This document shows, in pieces, positions 38,512 through 47,961 of a DNA stretch of 64,000 nucleotides; position 1 is the stretch's first letter; each line of letters begins with the position of its first letter. Origin of the DNA: Anaerolineae bacterium (GTDB lineage: Bacteria; Chloroflexota; Anaerolineae; J102); NCBI GenBank assembly GCA_026991225.1, contig JALXCB010000054.1, positions 4,277 to 68,276 of the forward strand, written 5' to 3'. Below the pieces are notes generated by a model, which did no database searches, had not been told where the DNA came from, and was given only the letters and a program-made list of their open reading frames with translations. The translations under genes were made by a program, and so were the position numbers.

Positions 38512-39507
38512 CTACCATCCACTGCCCATGGTCAGGGCCATCACGGCTTTTTGCACATGCAGGCGGTTTTCGGCTTCGTCATAGACCACGCTTTGCGGGC
38601 CTTCCAGCACGCTGCTGGCCACCTCGATATCCCGATCCGCGGGCAGGGGATGCATGTAGATGGCGTCCGGTTTGGCCAGGGCCATTCGGCGTTCATCTGT
38701 GATCCAGTCTTTATACTGATCGATGAGGCGCTTGCTTTCTTCCGGGTCGGAGGTATGCACCAGCGGGCCCCAGCTTTTGGCGTAGATGACGTCGCTATCC
38801 TCGAACCCCGCGTCGAAATCATCCATCAGCTCCAGGCTGCCGCCTGCTTTCTTCGCATTCTCTTTGGCCTGGTCCACGATGAATTGGGGCAGATCGAACT
38901 TGGGCGGATGCACCAGCCGCACGTTCAAGCCAAAGCGGGTCATCAGCAGAATGAGGCTGGTGGGCACGCTCAACGGCTTCTGATAGCTGGAGGCGTAGGC
39001 CCAGCTCACGGTGATGGTCTTGCCACGGGGATCCCCTTTGTGTTCGATGATGGTTTGCAGGTCGGCCAAAGCTTGATGAGGATGATAGAGATCGCATTGC
39101 ATGTTGAGGACGGGCGCGCGGCTGGCTTCGGCCACATAGCGCAGGTATTTGTTGCCCACGCCCCAATCCACATGGCGAATGGCGATGCCGTCGAAGTAAC
39201 GCCCGTAGATTTCGCCCAGCTCTTTGGCGGTGTCGCCGTGGGCGATCTGGGTGGTGCGGCTTTCGACGAACGCGGCGTGCCCGCCCAGTTGGGCCATGCC
39301 CGCCTCGAAGGAGCCGCGAGTCCGCGTGGAGCTGAAGAAGAAGAGCATGGCCAGGGTCTTATCTCGCAGGTAGGGGTGAGGAATGCCCAGCGCCCGCTTC
39401 TTCTTCAGGTCGAAGGCAATGTCCATGACCGTGTCCAACTGGCCTTTGGTCCATTCCTGGGTGGTGATCATGTCGAGACCGCGCATGTTGGTTTGCATGG
39501 AAAACAC
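38512..39507 (-). CDS. ygeW: carbamoyltransferase of the YgeW / ornithine-carbamoyltransferase family
   Basis: 'SSTRTR' carbamoyl-phosphate-binding motif, 'HPHQ', 331 aa. Adjacent to carbamate kinase and YgeY. Confidence 0.7.
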   Translation of the reverse strand: MFSMQTNMRGLDMITTQEWTKGQLDTVMDIAFDLKKKRALGIPHPYLRDKTLAMLFFFSSTRTRGSFEAGMAQLGGHAAFVESRTTQIAHGDTAKELGEIYGRYFDGIAIRHVDWGVGNKYLRYVAEASRAPVLNMQCDLYHPHQALADLQTIIEHKGDPRGKTITVSWAYASSYQKPLSVPTSLILLMTRFGLNVRLVHPPKFDLPQFIVDQAKENAKKAGGSLELMDDFDAGFEDSDVIYAKSWGPLVHTSDPEESKRLIDQYKDWITDERRMALAKPDAIYMHPLPADRDIEVASSVLEGPQSVVYDEAENRLHVQKAVMALTMGSGW

Positions 39508-39539
39508 TCCTTTAATGATGGGATTATTGATGCAAAGAA

Positions 39540-39660
39540 TTCCTTTCTATCGGTGGTTTTCGGAGGAACAAAGCAAAGATCAAAGACTAAAGATTAATGA
39601 ATTGTTTTTACGAAAGCGCGAATTGCCTTAATCTTTAATCTTCAGTCTTTAATGCTTTTG
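39540..39660. promoter_or_regulatory. AT-rich imperfect inverted repeat in the ygeW leader
   Basis: 'gatcaaagactaaagattaatg...ttaatctttaatcttcagtctttaatgc' forms a long AT-rich hairpin between the Nudix stop and ygeW start. Confidence 0.3.
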
Positions 39661-40481
39661 AACGACGATGGCAGTTCGTCGATGCGCCTGCCCATCTTCC
39701 TTTCCAAGGGCTCAATGTGATTGCCACGCACAGGCCGGCCGTCATCGGTGCGCCCGGCCAGCAATTCGGCGCGGGTCACCCAGCGGTTGAGGGGACAGAG
39801 ATCGATGGGAGGCAGATCGCGGGTGTGGAAGAAGGTGAAATGATAGGCGGTCAGCGCGCCGAAGGAGGGCGAAAGGCGTTTTCCGCCCTCGAAATCGGCC
39901 AGATAGTCCAGACGAAAATCCCCAGCTTCGTAGCTGACCTGATAACAAAGCTCTTCTTCCAATTCCCGAATCGCGGTCCGCTCGATGGGCTCCCGCCAGC
40001 CCCGATCTTCTTTCTGTCGTCCGCCAATCACCTGATACTGTCCCGCCCGCTCATCCCACTGCACCAGAAACATGGACGGATCGCCCGGCTTCACGATGAG
40101 CGTCTCGGCCACGTTGGTGAAGCGGATGGCGGGCGCATCTGGATAGCGCCTCAGGCGCTCCTGCTCCAGCAGGAAGACGAGACTGGCGCCGTGCTGCAGG
40201 CCCTCGCCCGGCCGGGCGCCGTGCGCCTCAGACCAATCCTCGATGACATGGCCTGGCGCTTCCAGCCAGGCCGCCAGGCTGTGCAGGAAGTAGTACGCGG
40301 GCTGGGAGGCCGCTCGGATGCCTGCGTCCGTCAGCTCCACCGCGCCCCAGGTCTCCAGCAGGATGGGCAGCCCCAAGCCGACAAGCTCCCCGTGGGGCAG
40401 CTCGCGCGGGGGCAGAGGCTCGTGCCGGGACTGGGGGATGGCTCGCAGCCAGGCGGCGAGGGCGATGCGTTCAGGAGGCAT
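39642..40481 (-). CDS. NUDIX hydrolase with N-terminal extension domain
   Basis: Nudix box 'GGRQKEDRGWREPIERTAIRELEEELCY'. The longer track ORF (to 40901) is an out-of-frame overlap with ygeY; start taken at MPPERIALAAWL. Confidence 0.7.
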   Translation of the reverse strand: MPPERIALAAWLRAIPQSRHEPLPPRELPHGELVGLGLPILLETWGAVELTDAGIRAASQPAYYFLHSLAAWLEAPGHVIEDWSEAHGARPGEGLQHGASLVFLLEQERLRRYPDAPAIRFTNVAETLIVKPGDPSMFLVQWDERAGQYQVIGGRQKEDRGWREPIERTAIRELEEELCYQVSYEAGDFRLDYLADFEGGKRLSPSFGALTAYHFTFFHTRDLPPIDLCPLNRWVTRAELLAGRTDDGRPVRGNHIEPLERKMGRRIDELPSSFKSIKD

Positions 40482-41691
40482 GGGATCCGTCGATTTTCTC
40501 GGCCAGGGCTTTGGGGAAGAGAGCATAGAAGCCGGTGGCGTCGACCACGTCCTGCAAGCGCACCTGGTCCAGCGTGGTGTGGGCGTGGATTTCATCGCCC
40601 GGGCCAAAGCCGATGCTGGGGATGCCCGCCTTGCCCGCCCAGTAGATGCCGTTGGTGGAGAAGTTCCATTTGCCCGTGGGCACGGGATGGCCCAGATAGG
40701 CGCTGGCGGCCTCCACACCCGCCTGCACGATGGGCGCGTCCTCGGGCAGGGCCCAGGCTGGGAAGTATTTCTCCACCTCGAAGACGAAGCCGGTGTAGCT
40801 TTTATCCCGATACTGAAGGATCGAAACCTCGAAATCCTTCTCATGGCCAGCAGGGATGAGCGCGGCCACCTGGGCGACAGCCTCGTCCTTATCCTCGCCA
40901 AAGGTCATGCGACGGTCGATGAAGATGGTGGCTTCGTCGGGCACGGCGTTGATGCTGGGCGTCTTCACGTGCATGTCGGTGACGGTGATCTTGCCGTGGC
41001 CCAGGAAAGGATCGTCGCCCAACTGGGGCTCCAGGTCGCGGATGCCAGCGATAACGGGCAGCATTTTGTAGATGGCGTTGTCGCCCAGGTGATTGCTGGC
41101 CGCGTGGGCGCTGCGCCCTTTGGCCACGACCTGCATCTCCACCCGGCCTTTGTGGCCGCGATAGACCTGCATTTTCGTAGGTTCGCCGATGACCACGAAA
41201 TCGGGCCGGATGCCTTCCACCTCCACCAACACATTGGGCGCGATACCGTCGCACCATTCTTCCATGTTGCCGAAATAATAAGCGGTCCAGCCATCCAACA
41301 GACCCAGGTCGCGGGCGATAGCCAGCCCATAGACCATGCCCGGAGTGGAGTTTTTCTCATCGCAGGCGCCGCGGGCGTAGAGGATGCCGTTCTCCACCTT
41401 GCCGATGAAGGGATCCCACTCCCAGGCGTCGGGATCGCCGATGCCCACGGTGTCGATGTGGCTGTCGTAGAGCACTTTGCGGGGGCCGTCGCCAACGCGG
41501 CCCAGAATGTTGCCCTGCACGTCGAACCGCACCTCGTCGAAGCCCAGCTTGCGCATCTCTTGGGCGATGCGTTCGCCTACCGGACCAATCTGGCTGTCGT
41601 AGGAGGGGATGGCGACGATGTCGCGCATGAACTGGATGATGTCGTCGTGATACGCATCCACGCGCTCACGAATCTGCTGTACGATATCCAT
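40471..41691 (-). CDS. ygeY: YgeY-family M20 peptidase (Se-metabolism-linked hydrolase)
   Basis: 'MDIVQQIRERVDAYHDDIIQFMRDIVAIPS...HIDTVG...GACDEK' M20 ArgE/DapE-like. Start refined (GAGGT SD). Confidence 0.75.
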   Translation of the reverse strand: MDIVQQIRERVDAYHDDIIQFMRDIVAIPSYDSQIGPVGERIAQEMRKLGFDEVRFDVQGNILGRVGDGPRKVLYDSHIDTVGIGDPDAWEWDPFIGKVENGILYARGACDEKNSTPGMVYGLAIARDLGLLDGWTAYYFGNMEEWCDGIAPNVLVEVEGIRPDFVVIGEPTKMQVYRGHKGRVEMQVVAKGRSAHAASNHLGDNAIYKMLPVIAGIRDLEPQLGDDPFLGHGKITVTDMHVKTPSINAVPDEATIFIDRRMTFGEDKDEAVAQVAALIPAGHEKDFEVSILQYRDKSYTGFVFEVEKYFPAWALPEDAPIVQAGVEAASAYLGHPVPTGKWNFSTNGIYWAGKAGIPSIGFGPGDEIHAHTTLDQVRLQDVVDATGFYALFPKALAEKIDGSHAS

Positions 41692-41732
41692 AGTGACCTC
41701 GATGGAAAGAGATGATGAGAATGGGAAAATGG

Positions 41733-42458
41733 TCAGCGATGACGGCGAATCAACCGAAAGCGGATGCGGTCGTCCCGAAACCAGGATGTCGCCCACACGA
41801 TGGGCTGATTCTGAGGATCATAGCCGATTTCTTCGAAAGACAACAGGGGCGTGTTCACCGGGATTTTCAAACGTTCGGCCAGAAAATCATCTGCCAGGAC
41901 GGGAATCAGTTCCGTAAGATAATACTGAAGCTGACTTTGGCAGCACGTTTCCATGAATTCATAAATAGGCGCACGGGCCATGGCCTCGTCGGGGCGGCAT
42001 TGAAGCAAACGTAGAGGAAGGACGTTTCGGGTGAGGATGGCGGGCGCGCCATCTTCAAGAAAACGCTTTTCCATGAGCAGCGCAGGCTCATCAGGGGAGA
42101 GCCCCAAGCGTCTGGCGGCTTCCCCGCCCGCGGGCTGCTCTTCCAGGCGCAACACTTCCACCGCGGGCGTATAGCCATGGGCCCGCAACGCCTCTTCATA
42201 AGACCAGATTTCATCCAGCCTGGTGCGCACCTGCAACCCGGCAGGATTCACAAACGTGCCCGCGCCCTGTCTGCGACGGATGATCCCCTCTTTCTCCAAC
42301 TTGCTCAACGCCTCCCTCACCGTGGTGCGACTTACGCCCAGAATTTGAGCCAGTTCCGTCTCCGAAGGCAGCCGTCCATCACCGAAGGCATTGTCAAGAA
42401 TGCGATCCTTAATGTAAAGCCGGGTCTGCTCAGTGAGGGATGGGCTGCGTTTGAACAT
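41733..42458 (-). CDS. GntR-family transcriptional regulator (HTH + UTRA-like effector domain)
   Basis: 'LPSETELAQILGVSRTTVREAL' winged HTH. Track ORF starts in a REP ('MRSLRITHDALRAW'); start at MFKRSPSL (plus or minus 1 nt uncertainty). Confidence 0.7.
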   Translation of the reverse strand: MFKRSPSLTEQTRLYIKDRILDNAFGDGRLPSETELAQILGVSRTTVREALSKLEKEGIIRRRQGAGTFVNPAGLQVRTRLDEIWSYEEALRAHGYTPAVEVLRLEEQPAGGEAARRLGLSPDEPALLMEKRFLEDGAPAILTRNVLPLRLLQCRPDEAMARAPIYEFMETCCQSQLQYYLTELIPVLADDFLAERLKIPVNTPLLSFEEIGYDPQNQPIVWATSWFRDDRIRFRLIRRHR

Positions 42459-42599
42459 GGTCGGATTGTCTGGTTGTATGGTTGTATGACAAATTCTAGG
42501 CCATTTCTTTGCCCATGTCAACTTCCGGATTAACCCGCTACTTCTGCCCCCCTCAAACTCGCATTTCCCCAGCGCCATGACGTAAAATCCAGCAGGCGG

Positions 42600-42800
42600 C
42601 CCGAGCGATAGCTCGCCGATACCGATGAAAACGCCTCGCGGCCAGGGTCGCGCGGCAAGCCAAGCACGTAATGCGTCATGCGTGATGCGTAACGATCTCA
42701 CGTTTCACCTTTTCACGCATCACGCCCGTTGCCGCCTCGGCCAATCTTGGCTCGGCGATCCTTTCTCAACCAACGACAACACTATTTTCGGAACAGGAGC
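42600..42800. repeat. composite REP-like element (family B/E)
   Basis: Near-identical to 4555-4735 and 60715-60900. Confidence 0.8.
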
Positions 42801-42805
42801 TCGCA

Positions 42806-43663
42806 ATGAAATTCCACCAACCCCATGCTCAACTCTACATTCCCGACGACACGCCCGAGCCTCAAGCGCTGGCCCGCACCACCCATCTCGCCATCGCCGC
42901 GCACCAGGACGACATCGAGATCATGGCCATCGACGGCATTCTCGAAGCCTTTGGCCAGCCCGACAAATGGTTCACGGGCGTGGTCATGACCAACGGCGCG
43001 GGCAGCCCACGGGCGGGCGTCTATGGCGACTACACCGATGAGCAGATGCGTCAGGTGCGCATCGAAGAACAGAAAAAAGCCGCGTTCGTGGGCCAGTACG
43101 CGGCCCAATTCCTGCTGGATTACCCCAGCGTTCAGGTGAAAGACCCCGCGGCCACCGAGCCCGTGGAGGACCTGATTGCCATCCTGCGGGCGACAAAACC
43201 CGACATCGTCTACACTCACAACCCCGCCGACAAACACAACACCCACATCGGCGTCATCTACAAAACCCTGGCCGCCATCCGCGCCCTGCCCCGGGCGGAG
43301 CGTCCGCGCAGGCTCTACGGCTGCGAAGTGTGGCGCGACTTGGACTGGATGCTGGATGAAGACAAGGTCGCGTTCGACGTCTCTCGCTACGAGAACATGC
43401 AGATGGCCCTGGTGGCCGTGTTCGATTCCCAGATCAGCGGGGGCAAGCGTTACGACCTGGCCACCATGGGCCGTCGCCGGGCCAACGCCACCTACTACGC
43501 CTCTCACGCCACCGACATGGCCGACCTCATGACTTTCGCCATGGACCTGACGCCCCTCATCGAGGACGACGCTCTGGACATGATCGACTACGTCATGGGC
43601 TACATCGACCGCTTCGCCCGGGACGTGCGCGGGCGGCTGGCCTCCATGGCCCCATCCCACTGA
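42806..43663 (+). CDS. PIG-L family deacetylase (LmbE-like)
   Basis: 'LAIAAHQDDIEIM' HxDD zinc motif, 285 aa. Confidence 0.8.
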   Translation: MKFHQPHAQLYIPDDTPEPQALARTTHLAIAAHQDDIEIMAIDGILEAFGQPDKWFTGVVMTNGAGSPRAGVYGDYTDEQMRQVRIEEQKKAAFVGQYAAQFLLDYPSVQVKDPAATEPVEDLIAILRATKPDIVYTHNPADKHNTHIGVIYKTLAAIRALPRAERPRRLYGCEVWRDLDWMLDEDKVAFDVSRYENMQMALVAVFDSQISGGKRYDLATMGRRRANATYYASHATDMADLMTFAMDLTPLIEDDALDMIDYVMGYIDRFARDVRGRLASMAPSH

Positions 43664-43690
43664 TGACTGATAACTGATTACTGACTTACT
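43663..43690. repeat. heptamer repeat between convergent genes
   Basis: 'tgatgactgataactgattactgacttac'. Confidence 0.5.
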
Positions 43691-44561
43691 CCTTGTAGTA
43701 TGGCTTGCCCAGGGCCTCGGGCGTGGTCGCGCCCCAGCGAGACCGGAACCATTTGGAGGAGATGAGGATCAGCACCAGGATGGTCATGGCGAAGGGGACC
43801 ATGCGCCAGATATAGCGGGACGCCAGGCCCGGGAAGAACATCTGGGGATTGAGGGAAAGCTGCCACAGCAGCCCGAACAGCACCGCGCCCCCGAATAGCA
43901 GATAGGGATTCCACATGGAGAAAAAGACCAGCGCCAGGGAGATGAAACCCCAGCCCATGAGGAAATTGTAATTCCAAACGGGATTGTAGTAGAGCCCGTA
44001 CACCGCGCCCGCGAATCCAGCCATGACGCCGCCGAAAATCACGCACAAATAGCGGATGCGGGCCACCTTCAGCCCCGAAACCTCGGCCACCGAAGGCTGT
44101 TCGCCCACGGAACGAATACTCAATCCCCATCCTGTTTTGTTGAGCAAAAACCAGACGACCGCCACCATGATAATGGCCAGGAAGAAGAAGGGGGAAATGC
44201 CGAACCAGGTGGGGAGGCGCTCCAGGCCCAGCGGGCCGGTGTATGGATTGCCGATATAAGTGGTCATGCCGAAGCCGAAGATCCAGATGCCCATGCCGCT
44301 GACCACCTGATCCACCCCCAGGGTGATGGAGAAAAAGCCATGCAGCAGGCCCAACAACGCGCCGATGCCGATCCCCACCAGAAAGCCGACGAGATAGCTG
44401 CCTGTGGTTTGGGCGGCGATGAACCCCAGGGTGGCTCCGAAGAGCATAATGCCTTCCAGACCCACGTTCAGGACGCCCGAGCGTTGGTCCACCAATTCGC
44501 CCAGACCGGCGAAGGTGAAGATCATGGCGGCTTCGAGACTGCGAATGAGAAATGCGAGCAT
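43686..44561 (-). CDS. ABC transporter permease (BMP/nucleoside-type, NupQ/YufQ-like)
   Basis: Multi-TM permease. GGAGG SD before 'MLAFLIRSLEAAMIF'; track ORF extended through a REP ('MMRNDLTDYALRITP'). Confidence 0.75.
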   Translation of the reverse strand: MLAFLIRSLEAAMIFTFAGLGELVDQRSGVLNVGLEGIMLFGATLGFIAAQTTGSYLVGFLVGIGIGALLGLLHGFFSITLGVDQVVSGMGIWIFGFGMTTYIGNPYTGPLGLERLPTWFGISPFFFLAIIMVAVVWFLLNKTGWGLSIRSVGEQPSVAEVSGLKVARIRYLCVIFGGVMAGFAGAVYGLYYNPVWNYNFLMGWGFISLALVFFSMWNPYLLFGGAVLFGLLWQLSLNPQMFFPGLASRYIWRMVPFAMTILVLILISSKWFRSRWGATTPEALGKPYYKE

Positions 44562-44569
44562 GAAGGTGC

Positions 44570-44730
44570 CTCCGTTTGATAAGATCGTTGCGTTTGTTTG
44601 TAAAAGCAATCCGAAGCCCACGTTGGGCGAGGCGGCAACGGGAGTGATGCGTAATGCGTAATCCGTGAGGTCGTTACGCATCACGCATTACGCATTACGG
44701 AATCGGCTTCCCGCGCCCACGTGGCCATAA
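44570..44730. repeat. REP-like palindromic element (family B)
   Basis: 'gcgtttgtttgtaaaagcaatccgaagcccacgttgggcgaggcggcaacgggagtgatgcgtaatgcgtaatccgtgaggtcgttacgcatcacgcattacgcattacg...ggcttcccgcgcccacgtggcc'. Sister copy at 53490-53660. Confidence 0.8.
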
Positions 44731-44737
44731 AGCATGT

Positions 44738-45865
44738 TCATTCGTATTGGCGAGCCGTCGCTGGCGTCGCCTGCTTTGTAATCAAAATCTGATAGTGATA
44801 GAAAAACTGGAACGCGACCAGGGAGATCATGAGCATGCCCATGAGCGCATAATCCACGCCAAACCCCAAATGCAGTTTGCCCTGCGCCGATCGCCCTCCG
44901 ATGGACAGGCCGCCGAAGAGCAGGGCCACAAATAAGGTGGCGATGGGGTTGCCCAGGGAGATGAGGCCGCAGATCATGCCATAGAAGGAAAGATCGCCGA
45001 AGTAGCCATAGGTGCGGGCGATCTTGTACACGCCCGGCACGGCCGCGAAGTAATGATATCCGGCCAGTCCGGCCAGTGCGCCGCCCAGCAGGAACACCAG
45101 CACCGAAATCCAGAAGGGATTGACGCCCGCGTAGCGGGCCGCGGGCGGGTTCTTGCCAAAGGCCCGGATCTGGTAGCCCAGGCTCATGCGGGCGAAGAGC
45201 AGATAGATGGCAATCATAAGGAGGATGACCAGGATCAGGGTGTAAGGGAAACCGGCGATGAGCGGGGCCCGGGCCGCCTCGGGCAACTCGAAGCTCTCGC
45301 CGCGGCCGCCCAGGTTCATGAATGGGCCGCCATCCTTGATCATGAACGCGACCAGGTTGAAGGCGATGAAGTTCAGCATCATCGTCACCACGATTTCGTT
45401 CACATTCCATTTCCCCTTCAAAAATCCGGCGATGCCGCCAATGAGCGCTCCCGCCAGCAGGGCGGCCAACACCATCAGGGTGATGACAACCGGTTGGGAC
45501 GCGGTCATCTCACCCGTCTTCCCTCCCAGCAGATACACCACGCCAAACGCGGCCAGCGCGCCCAGATACAATTGTCCGGGCATGCCGATATTCCACAGGC
45601 CCGCCCGATACGGGATAATAAATGCGTAGGAGGCGAACGCCAGGAAGATGAACCGATTGATGGTCAGGCGCAGGCCATAGGAATTGAAGAAAGCATAACC
45701 AAAAATCTGTTTGTAAATCTCTCGGGGGCTCTGGCCCGCTTGCCAAAAAATCAGGCTGAAGAGAAACAATCCGAACAGGATCGCCAGAATCGAAAACAGC
45801 GCGGCCTTCCACCCCGGCAGGTTCGTGCGTCGTTGCAAACGAATGTGGTAACCGGCGACGGTCAT
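44738..45865 (-). CDS. ABC transporter permease (NupP/YufP-like)
   Basis: 375 aa, multi-TM, BPD-type permease of BMP systems. Confidence 0.75.
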   Translation of the reverse strand: MTVAGYHIRLQRRTNLPGWKAALFSILAILFGLFLFSLIFWQAGQSPREIYKQIFGYAFFNSYGLRLTINRFIFLAFASYAFIIPYRAGLWNIGMPGQLYLGALAAFGVVYLLGGKTGEMTASQPVVITLMVLAALLAGALIGGIAGFLKGKWNVNEIVVTMMLNFIAFNLVAFMIKDGGPFMNLGGRGESFELPEAARAPLIAGFPYTLILVILLMIAIYLLFARMSLGYQIRAFGKNPPAARYAGVNPFWISVLVFLLGGALAGLAGYHYFAAVPGVYKIARTYGYFGDLSFYGMICGLISLGNPIATLFVALLFGGLSIGGRSAQGKLHLGFGVDYALMGMLMISLVAFQFFYHYQILITKQATPATARQYE

Positions 45866-45868
45866 AGA

Positions 45869-47452
45869 TCAATTCTCCCGATGCAATCCGGCAATCATGG
45901 CGCCGATGAGGTCCTTCCTGGCCTCGGCGGCAGGAATGATATCGACGATTTCTCCCTCATACATGGGCGCGATCCAGTCGCTGAGGGAGAGGATTTCATC
46001 CAGGTCCTCGGAGATGAGGATCACCGCGGCCTGGTTGGATCGAGCCTCCAGCAGCTTGCGTTGGACGAATTCCGTCGCGCCCACGTCCAGGCCCTGTGCG
46101 GGCAGGTTGGCGATGACCAGCTTGGGCTGACGGGAAAGCACCCGGCCCAGGATGATCTTTTGCAGGTTGCCGCCCGAAAGCGTCTGGATTTTCACGTCCG
46201 GCCCGGGCGTGGCCACGTCGAAATCCTCGATGATCTGCTCGGTGAGCTGACGCAGCCCGCCATAATCGAGGAAGCCTGCGTGATTGTAACGCTTGTCGAA
46301 ATAATAGTTCATGGCCACGTTCTCCACCAGGGTGAAATCGCCAATGGACCCCACCTCGGTGCGTTCGGCCGGCGTGTAGCCCAGGCCCAGCTTCCAGCGA
46401 TCCAGGATGGATCGATGGGTGATATCCTGGCCTTCGAAAAGGATGCGGCCCCCTTCGGCCGGGCGCAGACCCATCAGAGTCTCGGCCAGCTCGTGCTGAC
46501 CATTGCCCGCCACGCCAGCGACGCCCAGGATCTCCCCTTCCCGCACGGTGAAGGAGGCGTTCTTCAGGGCGATGACGCCTTTGTTGTTGCGGGCGGAGAG
46601 GTTCTCCACCTGGATGACGGGCTTGCCCGGCGTCACGTCGGGCTTTTGCAGGTCGAAGATGACAGGGCGTCCCACCATCTTTTGGGCCAGGATCTGCTCC
46701 GTGGCCTTGGCCGTCTCCAACCTGTCCACCACCCTGCCCCGGCGCAAGATGGTCACCTGATCGCTGATGGCCAGCACCATGGGCAGTTTGTGGGTGATGA
46801 AGGGCACGACGCCCAGCGCCTCCTGCGTCATGGTCTCGATGGATTCCAGCAGGCGTTCGGTCTCCACGGGCGTCAGGGCCGAGGTGGGCTCGTCCAGAAT
46901 CAGGATTTTCGCGCCCCGGTAGAGGGCTTTGACGATCTCCACCACCTGCTTTTCGCCCTCGGTAAGCTGCCACACCCGGGCCCGCGGGTCCACCCGAAAG
47001 CCATAGCGTTGGGCGATGGCCTCGATTTCCTCCTCCGCCTCCTTGACGTTGATCACTCCGCGGCTCTTGGGGTGGCCCAGGAGGATGTTTTCCAGCACGG
47101 TGTGCGCGGGCACAAGCTTACGGTGTTGGTGCACCATGCCGATGCCCATCTTGATGGCGTCCTCGGGCGATCGGAAATTCACCTTCAGGCCCCGTACATA
47201 GATCTCTCCCTCATCGGGCTGCAACAACCCGAACAGGATGCTCATCAACGTCGTCTTCCCCGCGCCATTCTCCCCCAAGATGGCGTGAATCTCCCCCGCC
47301 CGAATCTTGAAATCAATGTGATCGTTGGCCAGCACGCCGCCGGGATAACGTTTGGTGATGCCTCGGGCGTCGAGGATCACCTCGCCCGGTTGGATGTGCT
47401 TCCAGATATCGCCGTGAAGTTCGATAGGTTCTGCGTCTCTGGTTCTCGGCAT
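45869..47452 (-). CDS. ABC transporter ATP-binding protein with duplicated ATPase domains
   Basis: Two Walker A sites ('GENGAGKTT', 'GVAGNGQHE'), two LSGG signatures, 527 aa. Confidence 0.85.
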   Translation of the reverse strand: MPRTRDAEPIELHGDIWKHIQPGEVILDARGITKRYPGGVLANDHIDFKIRAGEIHAILGENGAGKTTLMSILFGLLQPDEGEIYVRGLKVNFRSPEDAIKMGIGMVHQHRKLVPAHTVLENILLGHPKSRGVINVKEAEEEIEAIAQRYGFRVDPRARVWQLTEGEKQVVEIVKALYRGAKILILDEPTSALTPVETERLLESIETMTQEALGVVPFITHKLPMVLAISDQVTILRRGRVVDRLETAKATEQILAQKMVGRPVIFDLQKPDVTPGKPVIQVENLSARNNKGVIALKNASFTVREGEILGVAGVAGNGQHELAETLMGLRPAEGGRILFEGQDITHRSILDRWKLGLGYTPAERTEVGSIGDFTLVENVAMNYYFDKRYNHAGFLDYGGLRQLTEQIIEDFDVATPGPDVKIQTLSGGNLQKIILGRVLSRQPKLVIANLPAQGLDVGATEFVQRKLLEARSNQAAVILISEDLDEILSLSDWIAPMYEGEIVDIIPAAEARKDLIGAMIAGLHREN

Positions 47453-47462
47453 AAGCGCCTCG

Positions 47463-47510
47463 GTGTTCAGTAATCAGTGATCAGTGATCAGTAATCAGTG
47501 TCCAGGCCAT
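47463..47510. repeat. CAGTAAT heptamer tandem (5-6 units)
   Basis: 'gtgttcagtaatcagtgatcagtgatcagtaatcagtg', directly upstream of the ABC ATPase start on its coding strand. Confidence 0.65.
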
Positions 47511-47526
47511 CGCGTGGGATGAATCT

Positions 47527-47678
47527 CGCATAAGATGTAACTGCCAACGTACCCCGGTTAACAAACCACAAAGTGCACAAAGACGCTAAGAACACGAAGA
47601 AAAAATGTATACATTTCCCTTTGTGCCTTTGTGTCTTCGTGTTCTTAGTGGTTTTCGGGTGACGACCTCAGCAGTTAC
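47527..47678. mobile_element. MITE family A (A2 subtype) with 8-bp TSD
   Basis: TIRs GTAACTGCCAACGTA.../...GCAGTTAC. Flanked by direct 'cataagat'. Confidence 0.85.
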
Positions 47679-47739
47679 CATAAGATAAAGGGGGAAGATG
47701 AAAGACCTTCCCCCCTTTCTTCACGTTCCTTGTGGGTTC

Positions 47740-47961
47740 GTAACCACTCAGGTTGCGTTGCCACTTTTTGCCACGAAGGCTCGAAGGAACGAAGACATGC
47801 AGGTTTGCAAGTTTGCAGGTCGCAAGTGGCAAGTCCTTCTGGCGGCAAGGTTTTTCACCTGCTACTTGCTACTTGCTACCTGCCACCTGCCACTTTTACC
47901 CTTCGCGCCTTCGTGTCGTCGCGGCTTCGTGGTTTTTTGACCTCGTTACGTAAGCAGTTAC
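47740..47961. mobile_element. MITE family A, long variant, flanked by a perfect 15-bp direct repeat
   Basis: TIR-like ends GTAACCACTCAGG.../...TAAGCAGTTAC. 'gttccttgtgggttc' at 47725-47739 and 47962-47976. Internal gcaagt/acttgc palindromes. Confidence 0.8.

Noticed and set aside
39717-40859. 380-aa plus-strand ORF and the 40482-40901 N-terminal part of the 419-aa minus ORF
   Set aside because: Both are out-of-frame or antisense overlaps of the Nudix and ygeY genes. The Nudix box fixes the true frame, and the Arg/Ser/Pro-rich N-terminal part is the ygeY alternate frame.
45053-47473. 806-aa plus-strand ORF
   Set aside because: Antisense shadow spanning the ABC permease and ATPase genes. No domain-like motifs.
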